Origin: Methylotenera sp.
GTDB taxonomy: Bacteria > Pseudomonadota > Gammaproteobacteria > Burkholderiales > Methylophilaceae
DNA length: 51,442 nucleotides
Assembly (NCBI GenBank): GCA_046594825.1
Contig: JBKJRF010000193.1
Location: 1-51,442, forward strand
Reading direction: 5' to 3'
The notes beneath the pieces were generated by a model. The model did not search any database. It was not told where the DNA came from and saw nothing but the letters and a program-made list of their open reading frames with translations. The translations under genes and the position numbers were made by a program. The stretch's first letter is position 1. Every line of letters starts with the position of its first letter. Of this stretch, positions 9,441-19,498 are shown piece after piece.

Positions 9441-9524
9441 AACCGAGGAACGTTGCGAGGTTTGCGTTATGCAAACCCCAGGCTCGGTTTACAAACTTTA
9501 TAAAGTTTGTAACGGCGTTCACCT
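9441..9524 (+). ncRNA. SAH riboswitch
   Basis: AACCGAG...CTCGGTT outer stem; GAGGAACGTTGC core; GGTTTGC/GCAAACC hairpin; CCAGGCTCGG; 3' AACGGCGTTCAC pseudoknot strand; lies in the 5' leader of ahcY-metF, the canonical context. Confidence 0.93.
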
Positions 9525-9639
9525 AATTTAAACCGTGCCAGACACGGGATATGGGTGAACAAAGAGCCGCATAAGCTTCTCTGACGCGTCTTTTTCTTCT
9601 AGGCATTTCCCTCTCTGGTCACATTTCAAGGAATTTATA

Positions 9640-11064
9640 ATGAACACTGTGACTGACATCAAAGACTATGTGATTGCCGATATTAATTTGGCAACATTCG
9701 GTCGTAAAGAAATCGCTATTGCTGAAACTGAAATGCCAGGGTTAATGGCGATTCGGGAAGAGTTTTCACTCTTACAACCGTTAAGAGGTGCGCGCATTAC
9801 TGGTAGTTTGCATATGACCATTCAAACAGCTGTGCTGATTGAAACGCTTAAAGATTTAGGCGCAGAAGTGCGCTGGGCATCATGCAACATCTACTCTACA
9901 CAAGACCATGCTGCTGCTGCGATTGCTGCTGGCGGTACACCAGTATTCGCTGTTAAAGGCGAAACGCTGACGGAATACTGGGACTACACACATCGTATTT
10001 TTGAGTGGGCAGACGGCGGAGACGGTAAACAAAGATTCAGCAATATGATTTTAGATGATGGCGGCGATGCTACATTGTTACTGCATCTAGGTACACGCGC
10101 TGAAAAAGATTTATCAGTAGTTACTAATCCAAACTCAGAAGAAGAAATCTGTTTTTTTGATGCAATCAAAGAAAAGCTAAAAGCTGACCCTACTTGGTAC
10201 TCAACACGTTTAGCTAAAATCATTGGCGTGACTGAAGAAACTACCACTGGCGTGCATCGTTTGTACCAAATGCATAAAGAAGGAAAATTAGCTTTCCCAG
10301 CAATTAACGTGAATGATTCAGTGACCAAATCTAAATTCGATAATTTATATGGTTGCCGCGAATCATTAGTAGATGCGATTAAACGTGCAACAGACGTGAT
10401 GATTGCCGGTAAAGTAGCGATTGTTGCTGGCTACGGTGATGTAGGTAAAGGTTCTGCACAAGCATTACGTGCATTATCTGCCCAAGTTTGGGTAACTGAA
10501 GTTGACCCTATCTGTGCCTTGCAAGCAGCGATGGAAGGTTATCGCGTTGTGACTATGGATTATGCTTGCGAGCATGGTGATATTTTCGTGACGGCAACTG
10601 GTAACTACCACGTGATTACGCACGACCACATGGCGAAAATGAAAGACCAAGCGATTGTGTGTAACATCGGCCACTTTGATAACGAAATTGACGTAGCATC
10701 ACTTGAAAAATACGAATGGGATGAAATCAAACCGCAAGTTGATCATGTGATTTTCCCAGATGGTAAAAAAATCATTCTGCTAGCTAAAGGCCGTTTAGTG
10801 AACTTGGGTTGCGGTACTGGTCATCCTAGCTATGTAATGAGTTCATCTTTTGCTAACCAAACCATTGCGCAAATTGAGTTATTTACCCAACAAGATAAGT
10901 ATCCAGTTGGTGTTTATACTTTGCCCAAACATTTGGATGAAAAGGTAGCTGTATTGCAATTAAAAAAACTCAATGCGCAACTCACTACCTTAACTGATCA
11001 GCAAGCGGCTTATATTGGCGTGCAGAAGCAAGGTCCGTTTAAACCAGAAACATATCGTTACTAG
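9640..11064 (+). CDS. ahcY: Adenosylhomocysteinase
   Basis: [42 protein letters not shown] and [14 protein letters not shown]. Confidence 0.99.
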   Translation: MNTVTDIKDYVIADINLATFGRKEIAIAETEMPGLMAIREEFSLLQPLRGARITGSLHMTIQTAVLIETLKDLGAEVRWASCNIYSTQDHAAAAIAAGGTPVFAVKGETLTEYWDYTHRIFEWADGGDGKQRFSNMILDDGGDATLLLHLGTRAEKDLSVVTNPNSEEEICFFDAIKEKLKADPTWYSTRLAKIIGVTEETTTGVHRLYQMHKEGKLAFPAINVNDSVTKSKFDNLYGCRESLVDAIKRATDVMIAGKVAIVAGYGDVGKGSAQALRALSAQVWVTEVDPICALQAAMEGYRVVTMDYACEHGDIFVTATGNYHVITHDHMAKMKDQAIVCNIGHFDNEIDVASLEKYEWDEIKPQVDHVIFPDGKKIILLAKGRLVNLGCGTGHPSYVMSSSFANQTIAQIELFTQQDKYPVGVYTLPKHLDEKVAVLQLKKLNAQLTTLTDQQAAYIGVQKQGPFKPETYRY

Positions 11065-11102
11065 TATTTAGTTACTTAAGCTTAGCTTAAAAAGGAAGCC
11101 AC

Positions 11103-11456
11103 ATGAAATTATTAATTGTTTGGTTATTAAACGCATTAGCATTAATCGCAGTTGCTTATTTTGTACCTAACATTCATGTGGCTAACTTCACTACAGCATT
11201 AATTGCAGCGCTAGTGATAGGCTTGGTCAATATGTTGATTAAGCCTATTTTAGTAATACTGACGTTACCTATTACTATATTAACCTTAGGACTTTTTATT
11301 CTTGTGATTAATGGTGTGTTGTTTTATGCAGTAGGTAATTGGTTGCAAGGGTATGAAGTTAAAACACTATTTGCCGGCATGCTGGGTGCGCTGGTTTATA
11401 GTGTAATCTCTTATCTGTTGGCTGCCATTGTGATTGATCACAAAAAAAATAAATAG
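11103..11456 (+). CDS. Four-TM membrane protein, YvlD / 'phage holin 4_2'-like family
   Basis: LVNMLIKPIL..LTLPITILTLGLFILVING signature; four hydrophobic segments; AAGGA RBS. Confidence 0.85.
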   Translation: MKLLIVWLLNALALIAVAYFVPNIHVANFTTALIAALVIGLVNMLIKPILVILTLPITILTLGLFILVINGVLFYAVGNWLQGYEVKTLFAGMLGALVYSVISYLLAAIVIDHKKNK

Positions 11457-11481
11457 TAAAAGAAAAAGAATTGAACCATAA

Positions 11482-12312
11482 ATGAAAAAGTCGACAATTA
11501 GTTTTGAGTTTTTTCCACCTAAGACAGCAGATGGTATTGCAAGCTTGCGTGAAACACGTGCACAGCTAGCTAAATTTAACCCTGAATTTTTCTCGGTAAC
11601 TTTCGGTGCTGGCGGCTCTACGCGTGATAGAACCATGGATACTGTGCTGGAGATGCAAAAAGAAGGTTTTAACGCTGCACCGCATATTTCATGTGTGTCT
11701 TCTAGTAAAGAAGAAATTCGTGATTTATTGCAGGCATATCAAGCGCAAGGTATTAAGCGTTTGGTTGCATTACGCGGTGATGTGCCTTCTGGCGAAGTAA
11801 GTGTGGGTGATTTTCGGTATGCGGTAGAGTTGGTAGAGTTTATCCGTGCTGAAACTGGTAACCATTTTTACATTGAAGTCGCAGCTTATCCAGAGTTTCA
11901 TCCTGAAGCAAGAACTCCTGAGAAAGATGTGCTTAACCTCAAACGTAAAATGGATGCGGGCGCTAATTCTGCCATTACACAATATTTTTATAATGCAGAT
12001 GCTTACTTTAGGTTTGTGGACCAGTGCGTTACAGCTGGCATTACTATGCCGATAGTGCCAGGGATTATGCCGATTTATAACATCACACAATTGGCACGCT
12101 TTTCTAGTGTTTGTGGTGCAGAAATCCCACGCTGGTTGAAAATGCGTCTTGAAGCATATGGTGATGATATGGCTTCATTACGTGCATTCGGTATTGATGT
12201 GGTGAGTGAACTTTGTGAAACCTTACTAGTTTGGGGTGTACCTAGTTTACATTTCTACACACTGAATCGTTCGGGTGTGATTAGTAATATTATTGAAAAT
12301 ATCAGTGATTAA
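11482..12312 (+). CDS. metF: Methylenetetrahydrofolate reductase
   Basis: SFEFFPPK, SVTFGAGGS, ALRGD, VAAYPEFHP, ITQYFY and LHFYTLN. Confidence 0.98.
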   Translation: MKKSTISFEFFPPKTADGIASLRETRAQLAKFNPEFFSVTFGAGGSTRDRTMDTVLEMQKEGFNAAPHISCVSSSKEEIRDLLQAYQAQGIKRLVALRGDVPSGEVSVGDFRYAVELVEFIRAETGNHFYIEVAAYPEFHPEARTPEKDVLNLKRKMDAGANSAITQYFYNADAYFRFVDQCVTAGITMPIVPGIMPIYNITQLARFSSVCGAEIPRWLKMRLEAYGDDMASLRAFGIDVVSELCETLLVWGVPSLHFYTLNRSGVISNIIENISD

Positions 12313-12351
12313 ACAGACTATAATTTGCTAAATTAGCAGTGTAATAAGGTA

Positions 12352-12378
12352 CAAAACCCTGATGTTACAGGGTATTTG
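12352..12378. terminator. Possible terminator hairpin between convergent metF and smg
   Basis: CAAAACCCTG-atgtta-CAGGGTATTTG; short stem and weak T-tracts. Confidence 0.35.
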
Positions 12379-12398
12379 CAATACAGTAGCCGACCTGC

Positions 12399-12872
12399 TT
12401 AATGTAGCGTCGGTTTTTGTTTATTCAGCAGTGCATCTTCTATAAATAGATATTCTTTGGTTTTATCAGGGCCAGATTTGCTCGCACCCCAAGTAGTCAT
12501 TAACACAATCCAACGCATTTCTTCAATGTTGATTTGCGGTTGCGGCAAATTCATCGCGAGTTCAAGCACTAGTTCGCGCTGTGCTGTATTGAGGATGTGT
12601 GCTTGTACTAAAAAGAGGATAAAGCCTATGCTTTCCCCGGTGATTTTTTTAAGTTCGTCATCGGTGAAAATACGTGTGCTGACGTGGTTAGGATTTTCAA
12701 ATACATCAGGTTGCTCGGTCATCAGTTCAAGCTGATTAAACCAATCAAAAGCGTTGTTAATGTCTTGCTCATCAAATCCTGCGGCAAATAACTCTTTAGA
12801 AAGTGTACTTTCGTCAGGTCTAAAATGTGTATCAATGTAGTTTTCAAACATATAAACCAATACTTCAAACAT
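12399..12872 (-). CDS. smg: Smg / DUF494 protein
   Basis: MFEVLVYMFENY, LFAAGF and AFDW; downstream of dprA. Confidence 0.93.
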   Translation of the reverse strand: MFEVLVYMFENYIDTHFRPDESTLSKELFAAGFDEQDINNAFDWFNQLELMTEQPDVFENPNHVSTRIFTDDELKKITGESIGFILFLVQAHILNTAQRELVLELAMNLPQPQINIEEMRWIVLMTTWGASKSGPDKTKEYLFIEDALLNKQKPTLH

Positions 12873-13063
12873 AATGTTTATCCTTAATAAAGTGGCTTTT
12901 AAATAAATTGCTAATTAAAAAGCAGTAGTTCAATTAAGTTTTTAACTTAAGATTTTTCACTCAAGTGTTATGGTTTATGCATCAATCCAACGACTTAAGA
13001 AACAATGGTAGTAAGCTGGATTAAGTTTTTTGTTACACAGTTTATATTTTCAATTTGCTTTTG

Positions 13064-14185
13064 CTAGGCTAGTTTTTGATATTGACCGCCTGCTAAGCTA
13101 GTTACTCTCCCTTCTAGTTCCAATAACATCAGCATGGATGAAACTTCGCTTACCGTCAAGCGACTTAGATGCACTAAATTTTCTAAAGTTATTGCTTCAT
13201 ATCCCATTAGGCCAAGTATTGGATGGATAGTTGCAGTCTTACTGTCAGTTCCATCAGAATGATTAGCTTGATCATCAGTAATTAGCGATACATGCTTATT
13301 AAGATCTAGTTCCTCTACAATATCTTGCAGGCTATCAACTAATTTAGCGCCTTGCTTGATTAATTGATGGCAACCTTTTGACATAGGTGAGTGAATTGAA
13401 CCTGGAATGGCAAACACTTCGCGACCTTGCTCAGCAGCTAAACGTGCAGTAATTTGTGAGCCGCTCTGTAGGTTGGCTTCCACAACTAAACAACCTAAAC
13501 TCAAACCGCTAATAATACGATTGCGCTTTGGAAAATTCTGCGGTTTAGAGGGTGTGCCCAAAGCGAACTCAGAAACGATGAGACCACGCTCTACAATTTG
13601 ATGCGCTAAGTCACGATGTTTGGCAGGGTAGACAATATCTAAGCCTGTACCAACTACGGCGATCGTTGCGCCATTTGCGCTTAATGCGCCGCGATGTGCA
13701 GCACCGTCAATACCTAAAGCTAAGCCACTCACAATACACAGGCCATAACCGCATAAACCATGTGCAAAAGCCTCGGCATTTTTTTCACCCTGAACAGAAG
13801 CATTACGGCTCCCTACAATAGCAATACTGGGCTGATTTAATAAAGCTAAATTACCTTTTGCATAAAGTAAAGGTGGAGGATCTGTGATTTCTAAGAGCGC
13901 TTTGGGATAGTAGGGGTCGGCTAATGTAACGAGGTGATTATTGGGCTGAGATAACCAATTTAAGGCGTCAGTTAAAGTATCTTCATTAATACCTTTGTTA
14001 ATCCCAGCGGCAATTTTTTCTGAAACGATTTCTTTTAATTGTTGATTGTTTGCTGCGTAAATATTGCTGGGGCTGCCAAATGCTTTTAATAATTGGCAAA
14101 ATGTTTGCGCACCTATACCAGGAATACTACTTAAACTAATCCACAGCGATTTCTCTGTAATTTCTTCGCTATGGTCATATGACAT
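13064..14185 (-). CDS. dprA: DNA-processing protein DprA
   Basis: IAIVGSRNAS, VSGLALGIDGAAH, FPKRNRIISGLS, SGSQITA and LIKQGAKLV. Confidence 0.97.
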   Translation of the reverse strand: MSYDHSEEITEKSLWISLSSIPGIGAQTFCQLLKAFGSPSNIYAANNQQLKEIVSEKIAAGINKGINEDTLTDALNWLSQPNNHLVTLADPYYPKALLEITDPPPLLYAKGNLALLNQPSIAIVGSRNASVQGEKNAEAFAHGLCGYGLCIVSGLALGIDGAAHRGALSANGATIAVVGTGLDIVYPAKHRDLAHQIVERGLIVSEFALGTPSKPQNFPKRNRIISGLSLGCLVVEANLQSGSQITARLAAEQGREVFAIPGSIHSPMSKGCHQLIKQGAKLVDSLQDIVEELDLNKHVSLITDDQANHSDGTDSKTATIHPILGLMGYEAITLENLVHLSRLTVSEVSSMLMLLELEGRVTSLAGGQYQKLA

Positions 14186-14226
14186 AAGCAGATTAATTTG
14201 AGCAATAACTTTAATTTGAGGAAAAC

Positions 14227-15309
14227 TTAGGGTGTTTGTACTGAATCAAGTTTGTTGATTGGCTGTGATGCTTGCATTACTAGTGCATAAGACACACGGT
14301 CAAATACACGGAATACCATCAATAAACCTATACGCTCATCGGGAAGTTTAATCATTCCAGGCTCGAGTACTAGTTTAGGATTTGCAGACTTGTCCCCATA
14401 AATTACGACTGGTTTGCTATCTTTTGTTGCTTCAGGATCTTTAATTACCCGACCATAGCGACTGATTGCAAGCACATGGCCAACTTCTAGGCCATCCTTA
14501 GCGCCACGACTAATGGACACTATGCTTTCTGGCCCAGCTTCAGCGACGCCACCGTAAATGTTAATGATACGGCCATTGATTTCTGTTTCAGGTGCGTGAG
14601 GTACAAAATTAGTAATAAACTTGTCATCAGTAGGCACTAATCTATCTTTTGTGAAGATTTCCTCTTTCGCTTTTACAATATCTGCGCTTGCAGGTTCACC
14701 ATATTTGGTAATTTTGACGTCACCTAAATATTGTGCTTCAACACCCAATATTTCATTAGTATCTGGATCAATTAAATTTCCATTTGGGCGATAAACAAAC
14801 CAGTTGATACCGTCGCCTTCAGCAATCTTGTCAATATATATACGCGTACCTGGGCTTAGTACCACACGGTTCTCTTGTCCAGCTATAATTCTAGGGGATG
14901 AATTAAGTTGGTCTTTTTCAATGATTAGCGGCTGACTTAAGAATGGTGCAATCACGTTGAGCGAGATGGTAGAAATTGCAGTTTTCTCTAAAGGCTCCAC
15001 TACTGCGCCAGGTTGTAAGGTAACTGTTTCATGCAGCAACCTTAGTTGCGGTGTGCCGCTACTAGTGTCGAGTACTACAACATCACCAGGGTAGATTAAA
15101 TGTGGATTTTTGATTTGAGCACGGTTTAGGCGCCAGACTTTTGGCCATTGCCAAGGGTCATTTAAAAATTTAGCCGAAATACCCCACAGCGTATCGCCTT
15201 TAACCACTACATGACGGTCAGGATGATTATTTTTTAGGGTAACTTCTTCAGCATTGATGCTGAAGCTTATGCAACAAAACATGAGCAGCGTTATAATGTG
15301 GCGTAACAT
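14227..15309 (-). CDS. LysM peptidoglycan-binding protein (TsaP-like)
   Basis: Signal peptide, then LysM (VVVKGDTLWGIS...WQWPKVW...IKNPHLIYPG); lies between def and dprA. ATG 15309 is the probable start. Confidence 0.88.
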   Translation of the reverse strand: MLRHIITLLMFCCISFSINAEEVTLKNNHPDRHVVVKGDTLWGISAKFLNDPWQWPKVWRLNRAQIKNPHLIYPGDVVVLDTSSGTPQLRLLHETVTLQPGAVVEPLEKTAISTISLNVIAPFLSQPLIIEKDQLNSSPRIIAGQENRVVLSPGTRIYIDKIAEGDGINWFVYRPNGNLIDPDTNEILGVEAQYLGDVKITKYGEPASADIVKAKEEIFTKDRLVPTDDKFITNFVPHAPETEINGRIINIYGGVAEAGPESIVSISRGAKDGLEVGHVLAISRYGRVIKDPEATKDSKPVVIYGDKSANPKLVLEPGMIKLPDERIGLLMVFRVFDRVSYALVMQASQPINKLDSVQTP

Positions 15310-15511
15310 ACTGTTGACCCCAGTCAAAAGACACGATAAAATAGATGGCAAAGCCGTGAAATTACGTTAAATTTATCACGTAATTCATTCAACAATCAAG
15401 CTTTTATGGAAAAACCTATCTGCTTTGATAAAAAATCCTAAGCGTAGCTTGATAAATATAGTCTTTAAATATAGAAACAATTTAGCATTAGATAGATACA
15501 ACAGGGCATTT

Positions 15512-16015
15512 ATGGCAATACTAAACATACTTAACTACCCAGATCCACGTTTGCATACGGTAGCAAAACCTGTAAAAGAGGTAGATGCAAGCATCCGTCG
15601 TCTGGTTGATGACATGGCAGAAACAATGTATGAAGCTCCAGGCGTAGGCTTAGCAGCGACGCAGGTGAATCAACATATACAATTAATTGTGATTGATACT
15701 AGTGAAACTAAAGATCAATTGCAGGTATTTATCAATCCAAAAATCATAGATAAAAGCGGCGAGAAAGACTACGAAGAGGGCTGTTTATCCGTACCTGGCA
15801 TCTATGAACAAGTTACTAGAGCTGCCAAAGTGACAGTTGAAGCTTTAGGTCGCGATGGAAAAAAATTCACTTTAAATGCAGATGGTTTGTTGAGTGTGTG
15901 TATTCAACATGAAATGGATCATTTACTGGGTAAAGTATTTGTTGAGTATTTATCACCACTTAAACGCAACCGTATTAAAAATAAGATGCTCAAGCTACAA
16001 CGCGACCATCGCTAA
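15512..16015 (+). CDS. def: Peptide deformylase
   Basis: [13 protein letters not shown] and QHEMDH. The likely start is MAILNIL at ATG 15512, not the TTG at 15425. Confidence 0.97.
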   Translation: MAILNILNYPDPRLHTVAKPVKEVDASIRRLVDDMAETMYEAPGVGLAATQVNQHIQLIVIDTSETKDQLQVFINPKIIDKSGEKDYEEGCLSVPGIYEQVTRAAKVTVEALGRDGKKFTLNADGLLSVCIQHEMDHLLGKVFVEYLSPLKRNRIKNKMLKLQRDHR

Positions 16016-16062
16016 ATACTCACTCTAAATAACTCAGTAATAACTTAAGTAAGTATTCAAAT

Positions 16063-16995
16063 ATGAAAATTATCTTTGCTGGTACGCCAGAATTCGCCGT
16101 ACCCGCGTTGGCTGCCTTGATTCAAGCAGGCCATGAAGTCGTGATGGTGCTTACCCAGCCAGACCGTCCAGCAGGGCGTGGTATGAAGCTTAAAGCTAGC
16201 CCAGTAAAAGTGCTGGCAGAGCAATATCAACTTAACGTAGCTCAACCAGCAAGCTTGAAAGATGCCGAAGTGCAAGCATGTATTGCTGATACAAATGCCG
16301 ATGTGATGATAGTTGCGGCTTATGGCCTGATTATTCCTACTGTAGTTTTAAATATGCCACGTTATGGTTGCTATAACATCCATGCCTCGTTATTGCCACG
16401 CTGGCGTGGCGCAGCACCGATTCATCGTTCATTGTTAGCGGGCGATGTAGAAACTGGGGTGACGATTATGGAGGTGGTGCCAGCTTTGGATGCAGGTGCA
16501 ATGGTCAGCCATGGTGTGGTGCCGATTACCAATATTGATACCACGCAGACCTTGCATGACGCATTGAGTCGCATAGGTGCAGAGCTGATGGTAACGGCGA
16601 TGACGACTTTAGAAATCGACGGCACACTACCAGCTTCGCCACAGGATGAATCTCTGGTGACTTATGCACATAAGCTAGAGAAATCTGAATCGCCAATTGA
16701 TTGGCAGAAAAGCGCAGTAGAAATATCGCGTCAAGTTCGTGCTTTTAACCCGTTTCCTGTGGCACAAAGTATGTTCAAGAATGAGATTTTCCGTATTTGG
16801 ATGGCCACTGCAACTAGCAGCGATGTTAAAGCCAAAGCGGGTGAAATTGTTAGTATGCAAGATGGTGTGACGGTGGCTTGTGGCGATGGTTTACTGCATA
16901 TTACAGAGTTACAAGCATCAGGAGGTAAGCGATTGCATGCGCAAGTATTTGTGCAAGGGCATCATTTACAAGTTGGTGATTCATTTACATCTTAA
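16063..16995 (+). CDS. fmt: Methionyl-tRNA formyltransferase
   Basis: FAGTPEFA, TQPDRPAGRG and NIHASLLPRWRGAAPI. Confidence 0.98.
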   Translation: MKIIFAGTPEFAVPALAALIQAGHEVVMVLTQPDRPAGRGMKLKASPVKVLAEQYQLNVAQPASLKDAEVQACIADTNADVMIVAAYGLIIPTVVLNMPRYGCYNIHASLLPRWRGAAPIHRSLLAGDVETGVTIMEVVPALDAGAMVSHGVVPITNIDTTQTLHDALSRIGAELMVTAMTTLEIDGTLPASPQDESLVTYAHKLEKSESPIDWQKSAVEISRQVRAFNPFPVAQSMFKNEIFRIWMATATSSDVKAKAGEIVSMQDGVTVACGDGLLHITELQASGGKRLHAQVFVQGHHLQVGDSFTS

Positions 16996-17026
16996 GTACT
17001 TAACATAAAACTGAAAAATTTATTTG

Positions 17027-17054
17027 CTTGAATTTCTTACACTTGCCATCATCT
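17027..17054 (+). promoter_or_regulatory. Sigma32 (RpoH)-type promoter of htpX
   Basis: CTTGAA (17027-17032), 14-bp spacer, CATCATCT (17047-17054; consensus CCCCATNT), 37 nt before the htpX ATG; htpX is a known heat-shock gene. Confidence 0.6.
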
Positions 17055-17091
17055 TATACATAGTTAAAATATCACAAATAAGGAAAACACA

Positions 17092-17955
17092 ATGTTAGGA
17101 AATTGGTTAAAAACAACCGTGTTAATGGCAGGTATTGTTGCGTTGTTCGGCGTGGTAGGCGCAGCACTGGGCGGATCCGGCGGCATGATGATAGCGTTAC
17201 TAATTGCAGCAGCGATGAATGTATACGCTTATTGGTTCAGTGACCAAGCAGTGCTGAAAATGTATGGCGCGCAAGAAATTACTCCAGATAATATGCAGTT
17301 CCGTAACTATTACAACATGGTGAAAGAGTTGGCGCACAATGCACAATTGCCCATGCCTAAGGTTTACATCATGGATGAACCTCAACCCAATGCCTTTGCT
17401 ACTGGACGTAACCCTGAACACGCTGCAGTGGCTGCTACCACAGGTATCATGCAAATTTTAACCGAGCGTGAATTACGCGGCGTGATGGCACATGAGCTTT
17501 CGCATGTTAAACATCGTGATACTTTGATTTCTACTATTTCTGCAACGCTTGCTGGGGCAATATCATCAATTGGTACTTTTGGTATGTTATTTGGTGGTGG
17601 GCAGAACTCTAGTGGTGAACGTAATGTGAATCCAGTCGTTGCGATGTTGATTATGATTTTGGCACCTATGGCTGCAATGTTGATACAAATGGCGATTTCA
17701 CGCGCACGTGAGTTTGAGGCAGATAAAGCTGGCGCTGAGATTTGTCGAGACCCTAAAGCCTTGGCGAGTGCGTTAGAGAAGATTCATAACTATGCGCATC
17801 AAATTACCAACGAAACAGCAGAAGCGCATCCTGAGACTGGACAGATGATGATTATTAATCCGCTGTCAGGCGGTGGTTTGAGGGGGTTGTTTAGTACACA
17901 TCCAGAGACTGAAGAGCGTGTGGCTAGGTTAATGGCGATGGCAAATAATTTCTAA
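17092..17955 (+). CDS. htpX: Zinc metalloprotease HtpX (M48)
   Basis: [15 protein letters not shown] (HExxH), SRAREFEAD and FSTHP. Confidence 0.97.
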   Translation: MLGNWLKTTVLMAGIVALFGVVGAALGGSGGMMIALLIAAAMNVYAYWFSDQAVLKMYGAQEITPDNMQFRNYYNMVKELAHNAQLPMPKVYIMDEPQPNAFATGRNPEHAAVAATTGIMQILTERELRGVMAHELSHVKHRDTLISTISATLAGAISSIGTFGMLFGGGQNSSGERNVNPVVAMLIMILAPMAAMLIQMAISRAREFEADKAGAEICRDPKALASALEKIHNYAHQITNETAEAHPETGQMMIINPLSGGGLRGLFSTHPETEERVARLMAMANNF

Positions 17956-18193
17956 CTTTATAAGAAATAATTAAAAATCACTTTTTATAGGGTGGATATG
18001 CCAATAAGGTCGTGTTCAATTGAAATTGTATAGGCTATTCGTTTACCTATAAGGAAGTGACAAATTAACAAGCTATCAATCCCTTCGTCTTTAAAACCAG
18101 TTGAAGTTTCGTTATGGTATTAGTCCCTGATTAGTAACTTATCAAGTAAAATCAAAGCATAGCAATTCAGCCTCAATATTAAGAAAGTTATCT

Positions 18194-19498
18194 TTGTATA
18201 TATCTCAACTCATCGCCGCTGATGCAGTCCATCAAGTGTTCTCGGGCCGTAACCTCACTTTGGCCTTGCCAGCAGCGTTATCATTATTTCCTGCAGCTAC
18301 ACCTCAACAAAAAGGCGCTGCAGCTGATTTAAGTTATGGCACGTTACGTTTTTATGGTGAGATTGATGCTTACCTTACTCAGCTCTTAGAAAAGCCACTA
18401 ACTGATGAGCGCATTCATGCTTTATTGCTGGTGGCAGTTTTTCAACTATTACATGATAAGGCCGATGCATTTACGGTGGTAAACCAAGCTGTGCACGCAG
18501 TGAGCCAGCTTAAAAGACCTGTGCCTAAAAGTTGGGCTAAAGGTCTGGTGAATGCCATTTTACGTAATTTTTTACGGCAAAAAAACCAGCTTGCAACACG
18601 ACTGCAAGTCAGTGAAGTCTCGACTTATTCCTATCCACAGTGGTGGATTAATAAGCTGAAAATTCAATATCCAGACCATTGGCAAAGCATACTGGAAACA
18701 GGCAATCAACATCCGCCAATGACATTGCGCGTGAATACGCAAAAAATCAGCATGCAAGATTACTTGCAGTTACTAGCTCGCCAAAATATTGAAGCTACGC
18801 AAATCGGCACACAGGCGGTAATTTTAACCAAACCACAAGCCGTAGAAAAAACACCTGGTTTTACCGATGGAATTGTTTCTGTGCAGGATTATGGTGCGCA
18901 GTTAGCGGCTCCATTGTTAGACCTAAAACCAAACATGCGCGTGTTGGACGCATGCTGCGCGCCAGGCGGTAAAACTGGACATATTCTTGAGTTATCTGAT
19001 GTAGTAATGACATCATTAGATAGTGATGAAGCACGTTTGCAGCGTGTACAAAGTAATTTGGCTAGGCTAAATCTGCAAGCGGATTTAGTGGTAGGTGATG
19101 CATCATCTACAAGTTGGTGGGATGGCGTGAGTTTTGACCGAATTTTGGCAGATGTGCCATGCACAGCTTCTGGCATCATTCGTCGTCATGTGGACATCAA
19201 ATGGTTGCGCCGTGAGGCTGATGTTGCCTCTTTTGTAGCACAACAAGCTAAAATTTTGCCTAGTTTATGGCAGATGTTAGCAAAGGGTGGTAAATTACTT
19301 TATGTTACATGTTCAGTTTTTTATGAAGAAAATCAAGAACAAGTGGATAAATTCTTACAAAATAATGCAGATGCAACACAACTGCCTTTTCAGTTGCCAG
19401 CTAATCACGCACAGGCGAGTATCACTCATCTTAACGGCCAGTTGATTCCTTCTACCGCACATGACGGTTTTTTCTATGCATTATTGCAAAAAGATTAA
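18194..19498 (+). CDS. rsmB: 16S rRNA m5C967 methyltransferase
   Basis: NusB-like N-terminus, LRVN, VQD, LDACCAPGGKT, DVPCTASG, YVTCS and DGFFYA; TTG start. Confidence 0.96.
   Translation: MYISQLIAADAVHQVFSGRNLTLALPAALSLFPAATPQQKGAAADLSYGTLRFYGEIDAYLTQLLEKPLTDERIHALLLVAVFQLLHDKADAFTVVNQAVHAVSQLKRPVPKSWAKGLVNAILRNFLRQKNQLATRLQVSEVSTYSYPQWWINKLKIQYPDHWQSILETGNQHPPMTLRVNTQKISMQDYLQLLARQNIEATQIGTQAVILTKPQAVEKTPGFTDGIVSVQDYGAQLAAPLLDLKPNMRVLDACCAPGGKTGHILELSDVVMTSLDSDEARLQRVQSNLARLNLQADLVVGDASSTSWWDGVSFDRILADVPCTASGIIRRHVDIKWLRREADVASFVAQQAKILPSLWQMLAKGGKLLYVTCSVFYEENQEQVDKFLQNNADATQLPFQLPANHAQASITHLNGQLIPSTAHDGFFYALLQKD

Noticed and set aside
11103-11456. Holin as evidence of a prophage
   Set aside because: No endolysin or other phage genes; it is embedded in a metabolic operon.
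15425-15511. 29-aa N-terminal extension of Def
   Set aside because: An artefact of the longest-ORF call from a TTG; the family N-terminus begins at ATG 15512.
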